DNA of 63,252 bases, filler included, from Octopus bimaculoides (GCF_001194135.2; 8 parts of 7 records of this genome joined end to end with filler, not necessarily neighbours in it); one strand, 5' to 3'. Counted from the whole stretch's first letter, positions 27,175-39,154 are shown. Numbers and translations: made by a program. The notes: generated from the sequence alone by a model not told the origin.

Positions 27175-27582
27175 CTAACGCATGCTCNNNNNNNNNNNNN
27201 NNNNNNNNNNNNNNNNNNNNNNNNNNNNNNNTTAATTAATTAANNNNNNNNNNNNNNNNNNNNNNNNNNNNNNNNNNNNNNNNNNNNATATATATATATA
27301 ATTAATTCAATAGTGGGATAAAAATCTTTTACAAGAATTTTATCAGGAAGCTAGCATGCATGAAATTCATAAGGGAAAAAAAAACCCATCATTTTTTTAT
27401 TCCCAAGAATATATATATATATACATATATATTTATACAAGGGCATTACTACAGAATAATGCCACACACTAGACTTCCAAAATAAACACATGTAGTAATG
27501 CCCTTGTATATATATATATCTATATATATATATATATATTGCTTACTATTTTGTTCCTGCTCTTTTCTTACATTGTCTGCAG

Positions 27583-27601
27583 TCTGATGCACTGGCTGCA
27601 A
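27583..27601 (+). CDS. Candidate 19-nt microexon upstream of the coiled-coil exons (T CTG ATG CAC TGG CTG CAA; LMHWLQ)
   Basis: Long pyrimidine tract ending tctgcag and a GTGAGT donor at 27602. Ends on a codon boundary in the frame of exon 27950. Confidence 0.45.
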
Positions 27602-27949
27602 GTGAGTGCAGAAGTAATGCCATTGGTTTCAGGCAGTGCAGCCATCTACAATTTTCAATCTGTTCAATTCTGTAATAGGGGTGTATATTCCGGGCGTGCT
27701 AGGTTTCTGCTGCACTCCCATCGAAAATAGCAAATTCATTATAAGTATTGGACCTTACTCGTTAATTTAATCACAAATCTTAATGGAAAACTTTAGTTAC
27801 ACCCCTCCTTGCATTGAGGTTAGCAGCACACCCAATACAACAACCACCATATGCCACTGGTATGTAATTGTATACCTCTGAATTGTATGTATGTTTGTGC
27901 AACTTCTCGTGTTGCTTGAAGTAACGTTTCACAAACTTTTGCCGGTCAG

Positions 27950-28069
27950 CTGGAGCAGGTGCAGCAGAAGGCTGAACTGGAACGAGACCACCAGCAGCAA
28001 CTGCGCTACAAAACCACCAGCCTACGATCCGAGATGGACAGCATGGAACAGAAGCTGGAAGATCAGCAG
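27950..28069 (+). CDS. Coiled-coil protein, internal exon (LEQVQQKAELERDHQQQ...LEDQQ, 40 codons, phase 0/0)
   Basis: AG at 27948-49 and GT at 28070. Open frame with Q/E/L-rich heptad composition; joins in frame to the exon at 29809. Confidence 0.8.
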
Positions 28070-28074
28070 GTCTG

Positions 28075-28796
28075 AGTGTGTTTATTGTTTGTCTGTGTTG
28101 GTAGGAGTGTTTATGTTTGGTTGTGTGTGCGTGTGTGTGTGTTTAGATGTCTGTATGCTTGTCTGTGTGTGTTTAGATGTCTGTATGTTGGCTTTTGAGT
28201 GTGTGTGTGTGTGTGTTTAGATGTATTTGGATGTGCGTGTGTGTGTGTGTGTGTGTGTTTAGATGTATTTGGATGTGTGTGTGTTAGTGTGTGTGTTTAG
28301 ATGTATTTGGATGTGTGTGTGTGTTTAGATGTATTTGGGTGTGTGTGTGTGTGTGTGTGTTTAGATGTATTTGGGTGTGTGTGTGTGTTTAGATATCTGT
28401 GTATGTTTGCATTTAAGTGTGTGTTTGTGTTTGGCTGTGTGTATGTGGACGTGTGTGTGTGTTTGTTGGTGAGTGTTTGTCTGTGTGTTTGCATGTCTCT
28501 ATTCATGTTTGTATGTGTATGTCTGTGTGTATCTGTGTGTGTTTGTGTGCATGCCTGTTTGTGTCCTTGTGTGTTTCTGTAGATTTCCATACTATTCTCT
28601 CTCCCTCTCCCCTCTCTCTCTGCTTCTCTTTCCTTCTGCCCTTCTATCTCCTTCTCTCTTTTCCTTCCTCTCCCTCCTGTCTCTCTCCCTCCTTCTGTCT
28701 CTCTCCCTCCTTCTGTCTCTCTCCCTCCTTCTGTCTCTTTCCCTCTCTTGCTGTCTCCCCTCTTTCTCTCCCCTCTCTCACACTCCCCCTCCCCTC
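28075..28796. repeat. Degenerate (TG)n tract with recurring gtttagatgtatttgga units, followed by a CT-rich tract
   Basis: Seen directly; intronic, ends at an N gap. Confidence 0.9.
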
Positions 28797-29808
28797 NNNN
28801 NNNNNNNNNNNNNNNNNNNNNNNNNNNNNNNNNNNNNNNNNNNNNNNNNNNNNNNNNNNNNNNNNNNNNNNNNNNNNNNNNNNNNNNNNNNNNNNNNNNN
28901 NNNNNNNNNNNNNNNNNNNNNNNNNNNNNNNNNNNNNNNNNNNNNNNNNNNNNNNNNNNNNNNNNNNNNNNNNNNNNNNNNNNNNNNNNNNNNNNNNNNN
29001 NNNNNNNNNNNNNNNNNNNNNNNNNNNNNNNNNNNNNNNNNNNNNNNNNNNNNNNNNNNNNNNNNNNNNNNNNNNNNNNNNNNNNNNNNNNNNNNNNNNN
29101 NNNNNNNNNNNNNNNNNNNNNNNNNNNNNNNNNNNNNNNNNNNNNNNNNNNNNNNNNNNNNNNNNNNNNNNNNNNNNNNNNNNNNNNNNNNNNNNNNNNN
29201 NNNNNNNNNNNNNNNNNNNNNNNNNNNNNNNNNNNNNNNNNNNNNNNNNNNNNNNNNNNNNNNNNNNNNNNNNNNNNNNNNNNNNNNNNNNNNNNNNNNN
29301 NNNNNNNNNNNNNNNNNNNNNNNNNNNNNNNNNNNNNNNNNNNNNNNNNNNNNNNNNNNNNNNNNNNNNNNNNNNNNNNNNNNNNNNNNNNNNNNNNNNN
29401 NNNNNNNNNNNNNNNNNNNNNNNNNNNNNNNNNNNNNNNNNNNNNNNNNNNNNNNNNNNNNNNNNNNNNNNNNNNNNNNNNNNNNNNNNNNNNNNNNNNN
29501 NNNNNNNNNNNNNNNNNNNNNNNNNNNNNNNNNNNNNNNNNNNNNNNNNNNNNNNNNNNNNNNNNNNNNNNNNNNNNNNNNNNNNNNNNNNNNNNNNNNN
29601 NNNNNNNNNNNNNNNNNNNNNNNNNNNNNNNNNNNNNNNNNNNNNNNNNNNNNNNNNNNNNNNNNNNNNNNNNNNNNNNNNNNNNNNNNNNNNNNNNNNN
29701 NNNNNNNNNNNNNNNNNNNNNNNNNNNNNNNNNNNNNNNNNNNNNNNNNNNNNNNNNNNNNNNNNNNNNNNNNNNNNNNNTTTTTTTTTTTTTTTTTTTT
29801 CTTTAAAG

Positions 29809-30237
29809 GACATTGCTGAAATAATGAGCAATGACAAGAAGAACTTGATTGAGAAAGTGGAATTGCTGAATGCCGAGGTGAAAGAGATCCAAGCAAAGAG
29901 AGATGAGATCATTAAAGAGAAACTGCAGCTGAGCGAAGAGGAAACGGTGCTGACGAACCAGCTGGAGGAATTCCGACGGGAGATTGAGCAGCAGAAGGCT
30001 GACAATGACAAAGTGAAGAACGACTACGAGCGACTGAAATGTTCTAAACTGGAGCAGTCGGCCCGCTTGGATGACCTTCAGACCGGCGTCAATAAACTGA
30101 CCAAGGAGAAAGAACAGCTGGAAGATCAACTGGAGAAAGCGAATGAGTACAGTGAGAGTCTGAAAGGAACTGTTGAGGAACTGAATGGTGACATTGCAAA
30201 GTACAAGATGGAGAAAGAAGAAGAAGGAAAGCAACAA
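29809..30237 (+). CDS. Coiled-coil protein exon (DIAEIMSNDKK...EEEGKQQ, 143 codons, phase 0/0)
   Basis: Poly-T tract then AAG acceptor at 29807-08; GTAAGT donor at 30238; E/K/L/Q-rich open frame. Confidence 0.93.
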
Positions 30238-30289
30238 GTAAGTTTGATTTCTTCAAATGTCTAAATACAGAATCTGCCCCCAAAAATGT

Positions 30290-30545
30290 ACATATGGCAC
30301 GTAAAATACACCACTTTGAGCGTGGCCGTTGCCAGTACCGCCTGACTGGCCTTCGTGCTGGTGGCACGTAAAAGCACCCACTACACTCTCGGAGTGGTTG
30401 GCGTTAGGAAGGGCATCCAGCTGTAGAAACTCTGCCAAATCAGATTGGAGCCTGGTGTAGCCATCTGGTTTCACCAGTCCTCAGTCAAATCGTCCAACCC
30501 ATGCTAGCATGGAAAGCAGATGTTAAATGATGACAATGATGATAT
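30290..30545 (+). mobile_element. RTE 3'-UTR-derived short element ending in (GAT)n
   Basis: Matches 9590-9890. Further copies at about 36520-36870 (+), 62145-62345 (+), 16830-17290 (-), 38040-38180 (-), 53145-53410 (-) and 24600-24970 (+). Confidence 0.85.
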
Positions 30546-30918
30546 ATATCTTCAGGAAAGGAAACATCTGTATAAATATCTAGCTTGTATTATAGGAGGA
30601 GAGGAGATCCCCTTTGGTCATGAATGACCATGGGATTGTACCTAGAAAGTTACTCTCAGATGAAATAACTACCAGTTGATCACTGGAGTTGATTAGTTGA
30701 TTACCTTGGCTTATTTCCGCCCTTGAATTTGCTGGCCTTGTGCTAAAATTTGAACTCAATATCTTATCATCATCATCATCATCATCACCGTCATTGTCAT
30801 TGTCTTTGTTGTCATCGCTACTGTCACCGCCACCATCCTTTCATGTTTCATATTCGCTCTGTGCTTTTACGCCTGTAATTTACTCTAACTGACCCTCAAC
30901 CTTCTAAACACTCCACAG

Positions 30919-31035
30919 CAAGTGGTAATTGCACAGCTGCAGGAGCAGAACGAAGCCCTCGGTGAGCAACACAACAGCCTGAAGCAGGAACTCCAGAATC
31001 AGCAACTGAAAACAGATGAACTTCTCGAGGGCCAA
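30919..31035 (+). CDS. Coiled-coil protein exon (QVVIAQLQEQ...LLEGQ, 39 codons, phase 0/0)
   Basis: CAG acceptor ending 30918; GTAAGT donor at 31036; frame continuous with both neighbours. Confidence 0.9.
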
Positions 31036-31865
31036 GTAAGTATGTCTGCTTCTGGTTGTCCCAGTTTTGTGGAGAAACATGCTTACTGGTAATNNNNNNN
31101 NNNNNNNNNNNNNNNNNNNNNNNNNNNNNNNNNNNNNNNNNNNNNNNNNNNNNNNNNNNNNNNNNNNNNNNNNNNNNNNNNNNNNNNNNNNNNNNNNNNN
31201 NNNNNNNNNNNNNNNNNNNNNNNNNNNNNNNNNNNNNNNNNNNNNNNNNNNNNNNNNNNNNNNNNNNNNNNNNNNNNNNNNNNNNNNNNNNNNNNNNNNN
31301 NNNNNNNNNNNNNNNNNNNNNNNNNNNNNNNNNNNNNNNNNNNNNNNNNNNNNNNNNNNNNNNNNNNNNNNNNNNNNNNNNNNNNNNNNNNNNNNNNNNN
31401 NNNNNNNNNNNNNNNNNNNNNNNNNNNNNNNNNNNNNNNNNNNNNNNNNNNNNNNNNNNNNNNNNNNNNNNNNNNNNNNNNNNNNNNNNNNNNNNNNNNN
31501 NNNNNNNNNNNNNNNNNNNNNNNNNNNNNNNNNNNNNNNNNNNNNNNNNNNNNNNNNNNNNNNNNNNNNNNNNNNNNNNNNNNNNNNNNNNNNNNNNNNN
31601 NNNNNNNNNNNNNNNNNNNNNNNNNNNNNNNNNNNNNNNNNNNNNNNNNNNNNNNNNNNNNNNNNNNNNNNNNNNNNNNNNNNNNNNNNNNNNNNNNNNN
31701 NNNNNNNNNNNNNNNNNNNNNNNNNNNNNNNNNNNNNNNTGGAAAAATGATGATGAATGTTGATGCTTGTCTTATTCGTATATCTCTCTGTGATCTTGCC
31801 TCTTGCTTGATTCTGTTTTTTTTTTTTTTAATCCTTTGTGTTATATTTTTGTTTCTTTTTAACAG

Positions 31866-31903
31866 CATCAACTGCTCTCGAAACATGAAGAAATGTGCAA
31901 CAG
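31866..31903 (+). CDS. 38-nt microexon (HQLLSKHEEMCN + AG, phase 0/2)
   Basis: tttttaacag acceptor and GTGGGT donor. Supplies exactly the phase-2 junction (AG+T = Ser) needed by the next exon. Confidence 0.75.
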
Positions 31904-32214
31904 GTGGGTGTGATTCTTCTGGTGAAGAAATGATTCCTCTTTTTCATTTTACCTGGTGGGGAGGAATGACACAGGTGAAGTTTTCTGAGAGAATGTGTTC
32001 CTTCATGTAACCCTCCAGTGCATTTTGTCTGGGGGAATATGTCACAGGCGAGTGTGTATTTCAGGTAACAGTCTAGTGTGTTTTATCCTGGGGAATGTGT
32101 CACAGGCGAGTGTGCCCTTCAAATGACCATCCATTGAGTTTTGAGTGGAATTGGTGTTGTTATTTAGAGAGAGGTCAACAATAGCAATCTGGCAGAATTG
32201 TTTGCATTTCAACT

Positions 32215-32437
32215 GGCCTTAGTATTTCAACTGACCATATCTGGCCCAAATATTCTACCTGTTTTATCCTTAAACTGGTCATGTCTGGCCTCTCACAGCA
32301 ACCCTACAATATCATTCTAAAAATTAACAGATACCTCATCAAAATCTCAAAGCTACAAGATAATGCATGATTAATTCAAAACAATGTGAATAAATAAGCA
32401 TTAATTTTTATAAAATGATGTGAATGCTAAGGGGTTA
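32215..32437 (+). mobile_element. Intronic copy of the same piggyBac-like MITE (unexpanded)
   Basis: Same internal sequence (gataatgcatgattaattcaaaacaatg) and a GGGG|TTAA right end; left end decayed. Partial copies also occur at about 53420-53517 and 54253-54345. Confidence 0.75.
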
Positions 32438-32562
32438 AGCCAAGATTAGAGACAATAATATATATATATACCACATAATATGTATATACACTACATTATA
32501 TGTAAAACATAAACATGCAATCAGAAATACATTGTTCCTGTAACTGTTCTGTTTACACACAG

Positions 32563-32752
32563 TCTAGCAACTGAGATTGATGACTTGAAATCCAAGCTGA
32601 AGTTGACTTTGGAAGAGCTAGGTCGAGCCCGTGGCTTGTTAGACGAGAAAACTGAAAAGTGTGCTGCTGTTTTCGACTTGGAAACCCAACTAGAAGAGGC
32701 TGAGTCACAACTGGTGACCGTTACCCATCAGTATGAAATGAGTCAGGTCGAG
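32563..32752 (+). CDS. Coiled-coil protein exon (LATEIDDLKSKLKL...SQVE, 190 nt, phase 2/0)
   Basis: acacag acceptor ending 32562; GTAAGG donor at 32753; overlaps ORF 32585-32785. Confidence 0.9.
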
Positions 32753-32945
32753 GTAAGGTTTGTTTTGGAAGTCATTTTTGAATGAATTTAGTGAATCTTA
32801 AATCTACCCATCATCATTCTTGGTCAGTTGACTTGCTCGGATCAATGCAAGTTTTCCCGTACCAGATGTTCTGATTGAGCGAATCAACGTGAACATCTAG
32901 CTTTGGGTTTTAGTCACATTTCTCTTTTTATGTAATGTTTTGTAG

Positions 32946-33038
32946 ATAGAAGAGTTGAAGAAAGAAACGACTAATGTGAAGACGAAATTAGCAAATGCTC
33001 ACACAGAAATTCAAGATATCAGCAAAGAATACGAAGTG
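32946..33038 (+). CDS. Coiled-coil protein exon (IEELKKETTNVK...KEYEV, 31 codons, phase 0/0)
   Basis: ttttgtag acceptor; GTAAGG donor at 33039; open frame. Confidence 0.9.
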
Positions 33039-33462
33039 GTAAGGACATTCGAATTTTCATCATCCTCCAATCCTGACGAAGTGTCCGCAATCTGAATCTT
33101 TCAAGCAAATATATTAACCAATTTATTTTAACAAATGCATAAAACGCCCTTCATTTAGTTTTGCGTTCTAATGCATCATCACCTTACCAACCTTCTTATC
33201 TCTCTTACCTCCATTCTGTCTTCTGACCATTCTCACTCTCTTGCTCTTTCTCAGTGTCTCTCTCTCTCTCTCTCTCTCTTCACTTTTTACTCTGTCCTTT
33301 TCTGTCTTTATAGTTTCTTCTCTCAATCTTTTTCCATGTGTTTACTGTATAGTAGTAGTAGTAGTAGTAAAGTAGTGTTGTTTCTTTTGCATTCTTCAAA
33401 ATAAATAAAATTATTTAAGAGAATTAATATATTTTTTTTACTTTTAATTTTTGGTCCTTCAG

Positions 33463-34125
33463 AAACAAGAAGAATCGCAGGAAAAACTAAACACTGTGGA
33501 ACACAATCTACAGAATGAAATCAAAGACATGCTGGAAGAGAAAAGTAACCTCGAAAGAGATTATAATGCCAAATTAACGAAGTTACAGATGGAAGTAGTT
33601 GATTTCAACAACAGACTACAGTCAAGACTTACAGAGAAAAGCGATTTGGAAGAGAAGTTAGACAAAGTGCAGATTGATTTGAAGAACACAGAAAACCAAC
33701 TGCTGGAGGCTAATTCTGTTAAGGAAGATCTTTCCAAATGTCTTGAGATGGTCTCAGTATCGAAAGAGGACATTTCCGAGAAGTTGGCGTTTGCATTGCA
33801 GAAACTCGAAGAAGTATCACAGTCCAGGTACTGGAATCAGTCGAAACAGTCCGTACAACTGGAGGCCAGCTCTGAGGTAGACGGTGGCAAGCCTCAAGAT
33901 ATTCCTCTGGCCGTTGTGGAACCGGATAACTACCAGAGCGATAATTTTGGAACGTTTTCAGCTAGCCGTTCAATTAAAACTGCAGACAAAAGCGGTGAAG
34001 ATGAAGATGAAGAAGAAGAAAAAGAAGATAAAGAAGGAAATGAAAGAGATGCCAAAGATGGTGGTGAAAGTGAAATGGAGCAGTCAACATGTTTATTGGA
34101 AAGAGACCAAAGCCCAATTCTAATT
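33463..34125 (+). CDS. Large exon: coiled coil followed by acidic disordered linker (KQEESQEKL...QSPILI, 221 codons)
   Basis: ccttcag acceptor; GTAAGT donor at 34126; matches ORF 33451-34137. Confidence 0.93.
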
Positions 34126-34259
34126 GTAAGTGAATAAACTATCGTTTTTATCATCACTAACTCTAAAACATTTACTAATGTTTCCCTAATATCATTATAA
34201 CCCACTCCAGTATGTCATATGTCTACATGTGAATACATGTCTGAATGTGTGTATGTAGT

Positions 34260-34645
34260 CTCCTCCTTATGTAGTCCCTCACCTCCTTTCCTCCCCCTTC
34301 CCTCTTTTCCTCTTCCTTCCCTCCTCTTNNNNNNNNNNCTCCTCTTTTCCTCTTCCTTCCCTCCTCTTTTCCTCTTCCTTCCCTCCTCTTTTCCTCTTCC
34401 TTCCCTCCTCCTCTTTTCCTCCTTCTCTTTTCCTCCTTCTCTTTTCCTCCTCCTCTTTTCCTCTTCCTCGTCCTCTCCTCTTCCTCCTCCTTATCTTGCC
34501 TCCTTCCCATCTTGCCTCTTTCCTATCTTGCCGCCTCATCCTGCATCCTCTTCCTCATCTCGCCTGCTCTTCCCGATCTCGCCACCTCTTTCTAATCCCG
34601 CCTCCTCCCTGTCCCATCTCCTACTCCTCATCCCTCCTCCTCCAA
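34260..34645. repeat. Polypyrimidine (CCT/CTT) low-complexity tract
   Basis: Seen directly; intronic. Confidence 0.9.
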
Positions 34646-35026
34646 GTTAGAGTGAAAATAATGTGTCCATCTCTAATTTTTGCTTTGATTTGAATTGCAA
34701 ACATTAAGAGTTGAACTAATATTTGTAATTTCAATCAAGAGGACCACTCACTGTTTTTTTTTTTTTTTCAATAAAATAGTTTTTAACTATTAATGGTGAG
34801 ATTCTATGGATGTATTTTCTTGGTAAACTTTCCTCACGGTGAACTTTCTTCATGGTGAATTCTCTTGCGATGAATTGATGGCAGTGAACTAATCTCTAAT
34901 CTTGTCAAACAGTTGCTACAAACACAATCCAAAGACATAGTCTCAGTGACGTAATGGAAATCGTCGCTGACAGAGATAGGAAATAAATGTCACAAATATA
35001 CCATTTATCTCCTTTTTATTGAACAG

Positions 35027-35251
35027 GAAAACACATCAGATGAGTTTATGATATGTCTGGATGCCATGATAAGAAGCAGTACCAAAGGAGTTCAGATTTC
35101 TAAGAGCTTCCAAAGAAGAATGGAACAACTGAAGGTTTCAATAAATGAGCTTGATGCCAAAGGAAAGGGTTCTGGCACCTTGGAGAGGTTTTACAACGTT
35201 ATGGATCTTTTTGTCGACTTACAAGACAGCCACAGCCAACTATATCAGCAG
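35027..35251 (+). CDS. Exon (ENTSDEFMICLD...SQLYQQ, 75 codons, phase 0/0)
   Basis: gaacag acceptor after a pyrimidine tract; GTATTA donor at 35252; matches ORF 35048-35311. Confidence 0.88.
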
Positions 35252-35436
35252 GTATTATCATATATTTATCAATATATTGATTCGAACTTAGAAATAGGCG
35301 AGGGTTTGTGACAGGAAAGGTATCCAGTTGGAGGAAATCTGCTTCAATGAATTCCTCTAGCCAAGCATAGAAAAGTAACATTAAAGCAATGGTGATGAGG
35401 AATAATGATGTATGTGTGTGTGTGTGTATTTATATA

Positions 35437-35487
<51 letters not shown>

Positions 35488-35712
35488 TATGTAAGGATAT
35501 GAGCGGGGATATTGTTCGAATTAGACTGCATATGTTTCCATATCATGGTTATTTATTTACTTGTGAATGTATTACATTACATGATCATATAAATAGACCA
35601 TTTCATCAGGCATTTTAAACAGTTGACATAAAAATTGATGTATGTATTTATGCATGTATGTATAATCTCAGGAAATTGACATAATCTCAGGAACGACATT
35701 TATTTTGATTAG

Positions 35713-35788
35713 ATTAATAAACTGATGCATTATGCAAAAGAACTGAAGCATGGGATTGAACCAGCTGTGACTCAGTCACATGTATCAG
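35713..35788 (+). CDS. Exon (INKLMHYAKELKHGIEPAVTQSHVS + G, 76 nt, phase 0/1)
   Basis: ttttgattag acceptor; CAG/GTAAGT donor; phase matches the 44-nt exon that follows. Confidence 0.85.
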
Positions 35789-37035
35789 GTAAGTAATTTA
35801 TGCATCAGTTAATGGGAAAATACATAAATTCGTTTTTGAACTTTTGCTCTCCACTCTCTATATATTTTATTTATACTGCTGGGATTCAACTCAACTTTTC
35901 ATGTCACCAGTAAGGGAGGGTTCAAGAATATATATATACCAGTCATATACTTGGGTCAGTTCAATATACTGTACTCTGGCTGGTGGATTCGTGCTTGCAT
36001 ATGTAATAGTCCGTATGTTCGTGACTTTCAATTGGCTAAAATTACTCCTCTATAGGGTCCTATCGGAAGTAACCATTATTACACTTTCTGGCTGGATTCT
36101 CAAGCATGACCAACTGAGGCTATGGATATTAACCAACCATCTCATTCTTGGTCTACCTTTAAATCTCCTGCCAATTGGCTCGGTTTAAAGAAACTGTCCT
36201 GTGATTTCTCTGACATTCTGATCACATGTCCCTCTTCTCCACCCACTATTCTTGGGAGCAACGTGAAATAGAGTGTCTTGCTCAAGAACACAACACACAG
36301 CTTTTTCTGAGATTCAAACTCACTACCTCATGATTGTGAGCCCAACACTCTAACCACTGAGCCATGCGCCTTCATCCTAGAGAAGATCGTTATGCCAATA
36401 ATAATCAAACAAACGAGTCTTCCAACACACAAAATTTGTTTCAACACTCTAACTCACATCAAGAATCTTGCAAACCAATTACAGGATAAGCTTTTGATAA
36501 AATTAATTTTAAAATTGTGTGAAAAGCACCCATGCTGGTGCTATGTAAAAAGCACTCACACTGTTTCCACGTAAAAAGCACCTGGGCTGATGCCATGTAT
36601 GAAGCACCTGTGCTGGTACCATGTAATAGCACCAGTGCTGCAGCTATGTAAAGAAGCACCCAGTACACTCTGTAAAGTGGCTGGCATTAGGAAGGGCATC
36701 CTGCTGTAGAAACCAAGCCAAAACAGACAGACGGAGTGCAGTGCAGTGCAGCTCTCCAGCTGGCCGGCACCCATCAAACCATCTAACCCATGCCAGCATG
36801 GAAAATGAATGTTAAATGTTGATGATGATGGTGATGGTACTGCTGCTGCTACTGATGATGATGATGATGATTTAGTGCTTACAATTTTTTTTACCTTTTA
36901 TTAATCTGTATCAAATAGTCTTTTACTAATTCTATCCATTTGGCTGTAGCTGTAGTGGGAATTCTTTTGAAAACTGAAACTTGAGCTTATTCTTATTTCT
37001 ATTTTCTAATTCTGTCTTCATTTTATTTTGGACAG

Positions 37036-37079
37036 CATTGACCCAAGAAAGGAACAGTGATGACGAAAGAAGCAAAACG
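37036..37079 (+). CDS. 44-nt small exon ((A)LTQERNSDDERSKT, phase 1/0)
   Basis: ttttattttggacag acceptor; GTAAGG donor at 37080; restores phase 0. Confidence 0.82.
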
Positions 37080-37143
37080 GTAAGGATTTTAACTCATATT
37101 CAGTGTTTATCTCTTCTACTAGTGTTTCTGTCACTGTCTAGGT

Positions 37144-37845
37144 CAGAGTTTCTCAACCTTTTTACCCTTGCATAAACCCTTAAAATTAATTACATGTCTC
37201 AAGGAACCCCTGCACAAAAAATTACATACCATTATCTTTTTCATATATTTTTCATCATAGTTCACATAGTAATTATCATATATATATATATATATANNNN
37301 NNNNNNNNNNNNNNNNNNNNNNNNNNNNNNNNNNNNNNNNNNNNNNNNNNNNNNNNNNNNNNNNNNNNNNNNNNNNNNNNNNNNNNNNNNNNNNNNNNNN
37401 NNNNNNNNNNNNNNNNNNNNNNNNNNNNNNNNNNNNNNNNNNNNNNNNNNNNNNNNNNNNNNNNNNNNNNNNNNNNNNNNNNNNNNNNNNNNNNNNNNNN
37501 NNNNNNNNNNNNNNNNNNNNNNNNNNNNNNNNNNNNNNNNNNNNNNNNNNNNNNNNNNNNNNNNNNNNNNNNNNNNNNNNNNNNNNNNNNNNNNNNNNNN
37601 NNNNNNNNNNNNNNNNNNNNNNNNNNNNNNNNNNNNNNNNNNNNNNNNNNNNNNNNNNNNNNNNNATATATGGTTGTTATATTTTTTTTTGATAACATAA
37701 TAGGTTGGATAGGATGATGTCTATATTACAATAACCAATTATGATCATGACATTAGCATTAGCTTATCTCACTCTTTCTCGCAGAACCCCTAGGAACCTT
37801 TTGCAGAACCCTAGGGTTCCGGGGAACCCTGGTTGAGAAACGCTA
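37144..37845. mobile_element. Charlie/Buster-type hAT MITE spanning an N gap
   Basis: CAGAGTTTCTCAACC left TIR and GGTTGAGAAACGCT right TIR. Left flank GTCTAGGT is partly repeated (CTAGGT) on the right. Repeated GAACCC subterminal motifs. Confidence 0.6.
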
Positions 37846-38522
37846 GGTTCTTCTACTTTAGAACAGAACTACTTCCAGGCAAGCTTTGAAAAGTAGTATT
37901 TTTAGCCCTGTTGCTAACTGGGTGGTTTCAAATATGTGAATAGATATCCCAGACTAAGGACAAATTGTTGAAAGGCCACTAGCACTTCATTGTGTTTGAG
38001 ATCTCAGAAACTTTCTTGTTGTCTTCCTCTGCCCTATTATCTTCATCATCATCATCATCATACATCCGTTTTCCGTGGTGGCATGGGTTGGACAGTTTGA
38101 CCAAAGTTTTTGTGAAATGAAGGCCTGGAAGAGAATCAATGTTATTGCCAAAAAATATGCCACAAGCAAATCAGGAACCCCAATGTTTTGTGTGCTGGTT
38201 AGTCCACATTACTCAATTAGGAACATAAAAATGGTTTCCCAGTTGTTCTGGTGTGTATATAGCTCCCGGGATGGGACACTATTCCGTCACAGGATTACGC
38301 ATTTTTACTAGCTGAATGGACTGGTGCTACATGAAGTGAAGTGTTTTGCTCAAGAACACAATATCACCTGGTCCAGGTATAGAAACCACAATCTTACAAT
38401 CATGAGTCCAATACCCTAACCACTAAGCCATGTGCCTCCGATGTTTTGGGTGATATAGCAGTGTCAGTTATAAAAATTTACCTTCAAAAATTTTTCTTTT
38501 CTTTTATTGGTGAAAAACAAAG

Positions 38523-38708
38523 GAAAGTGAGTTAAAACCTGGCGTGTCACAGAAGCAGAATCTCAGAGAGTCCAGCCATAACGAGGAAAGAATGAGCTTC
38601 AGCTGCCGAAATGAGATCCAAAAGGACAATCAGGTGCAGCACGAGAATTTACAGATGGTCTTGAAGGAGAATTGTTTGTTGAGGCAGCAACTGGAAGCAA
38701 AGCAGAAG
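38523..38708 (+). CDS. Exon (ESELKPGVSQK...QQLEAKQK, 62 codons, phase 0/0)
   Basis: caaag acceptor with an upstream T-rich tract; GTTAGT donor at 38709; matches ORF 38544-38726. Confidence 0.85.
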
Positions 38709-39010
38709 GTTAGTACTTTTGTTTAATACTCTATCTTGAGTAGGAATGGAAGTTCAAATCTCAGTGAGGTTAGCATTGCCTTTTATCCTTCTGGGGTGAA
38801 TAAAATAAGTACTTGTTGAATGAACACTGGTGGAGGTCAATGTAATCAACTAAGCCCTCTCTCTTAAATTGCTGGCCTTGTGCCAAAATTTGAAACTATT
38901 CTCACTTCTAAATATACTATTTGCATTTTATATTTTCTTTTTCTCATTTCGGTATTGGTGTTATTTTTTTTTTTTTGTGGCTATCGTTGGTGATGATGAT
39001 GGTGGTTTAG

Positions 39011-39154
39011 GAGGTTCTTCAGTTACATCACGATGTCACAGTGGCTCAGCTTTCAACTAGTTCAATACAGGCACAGCTTAGTGTTGACACTTTAGTCAGA
39101 AATAGCATTGAGAACAACAGCATTGCCTCAACACCTGTCTGTGAACTTACCCAG
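39011..39154 (+). CDS. Last visible exon (EVLQLHHDVTVAQL...VCELTQ, 48 codons, phase 0/0)
   Basis: tttag acceptor (an in-frame alternative AG lies at 39021-22); CAG/GTAAGA donor at 39155. No stop codon, so the gene continues. Confidence 0.78.

Noticed and set aside
20402-31886. Long ORFs of 200-615 aa in the ORF track
   Set aside because: They run through N gaps and microsatellites (X, YIYI and VCVC runs). Only the 29809-30237 part of ORF 28417-30264 is real coding sequence.
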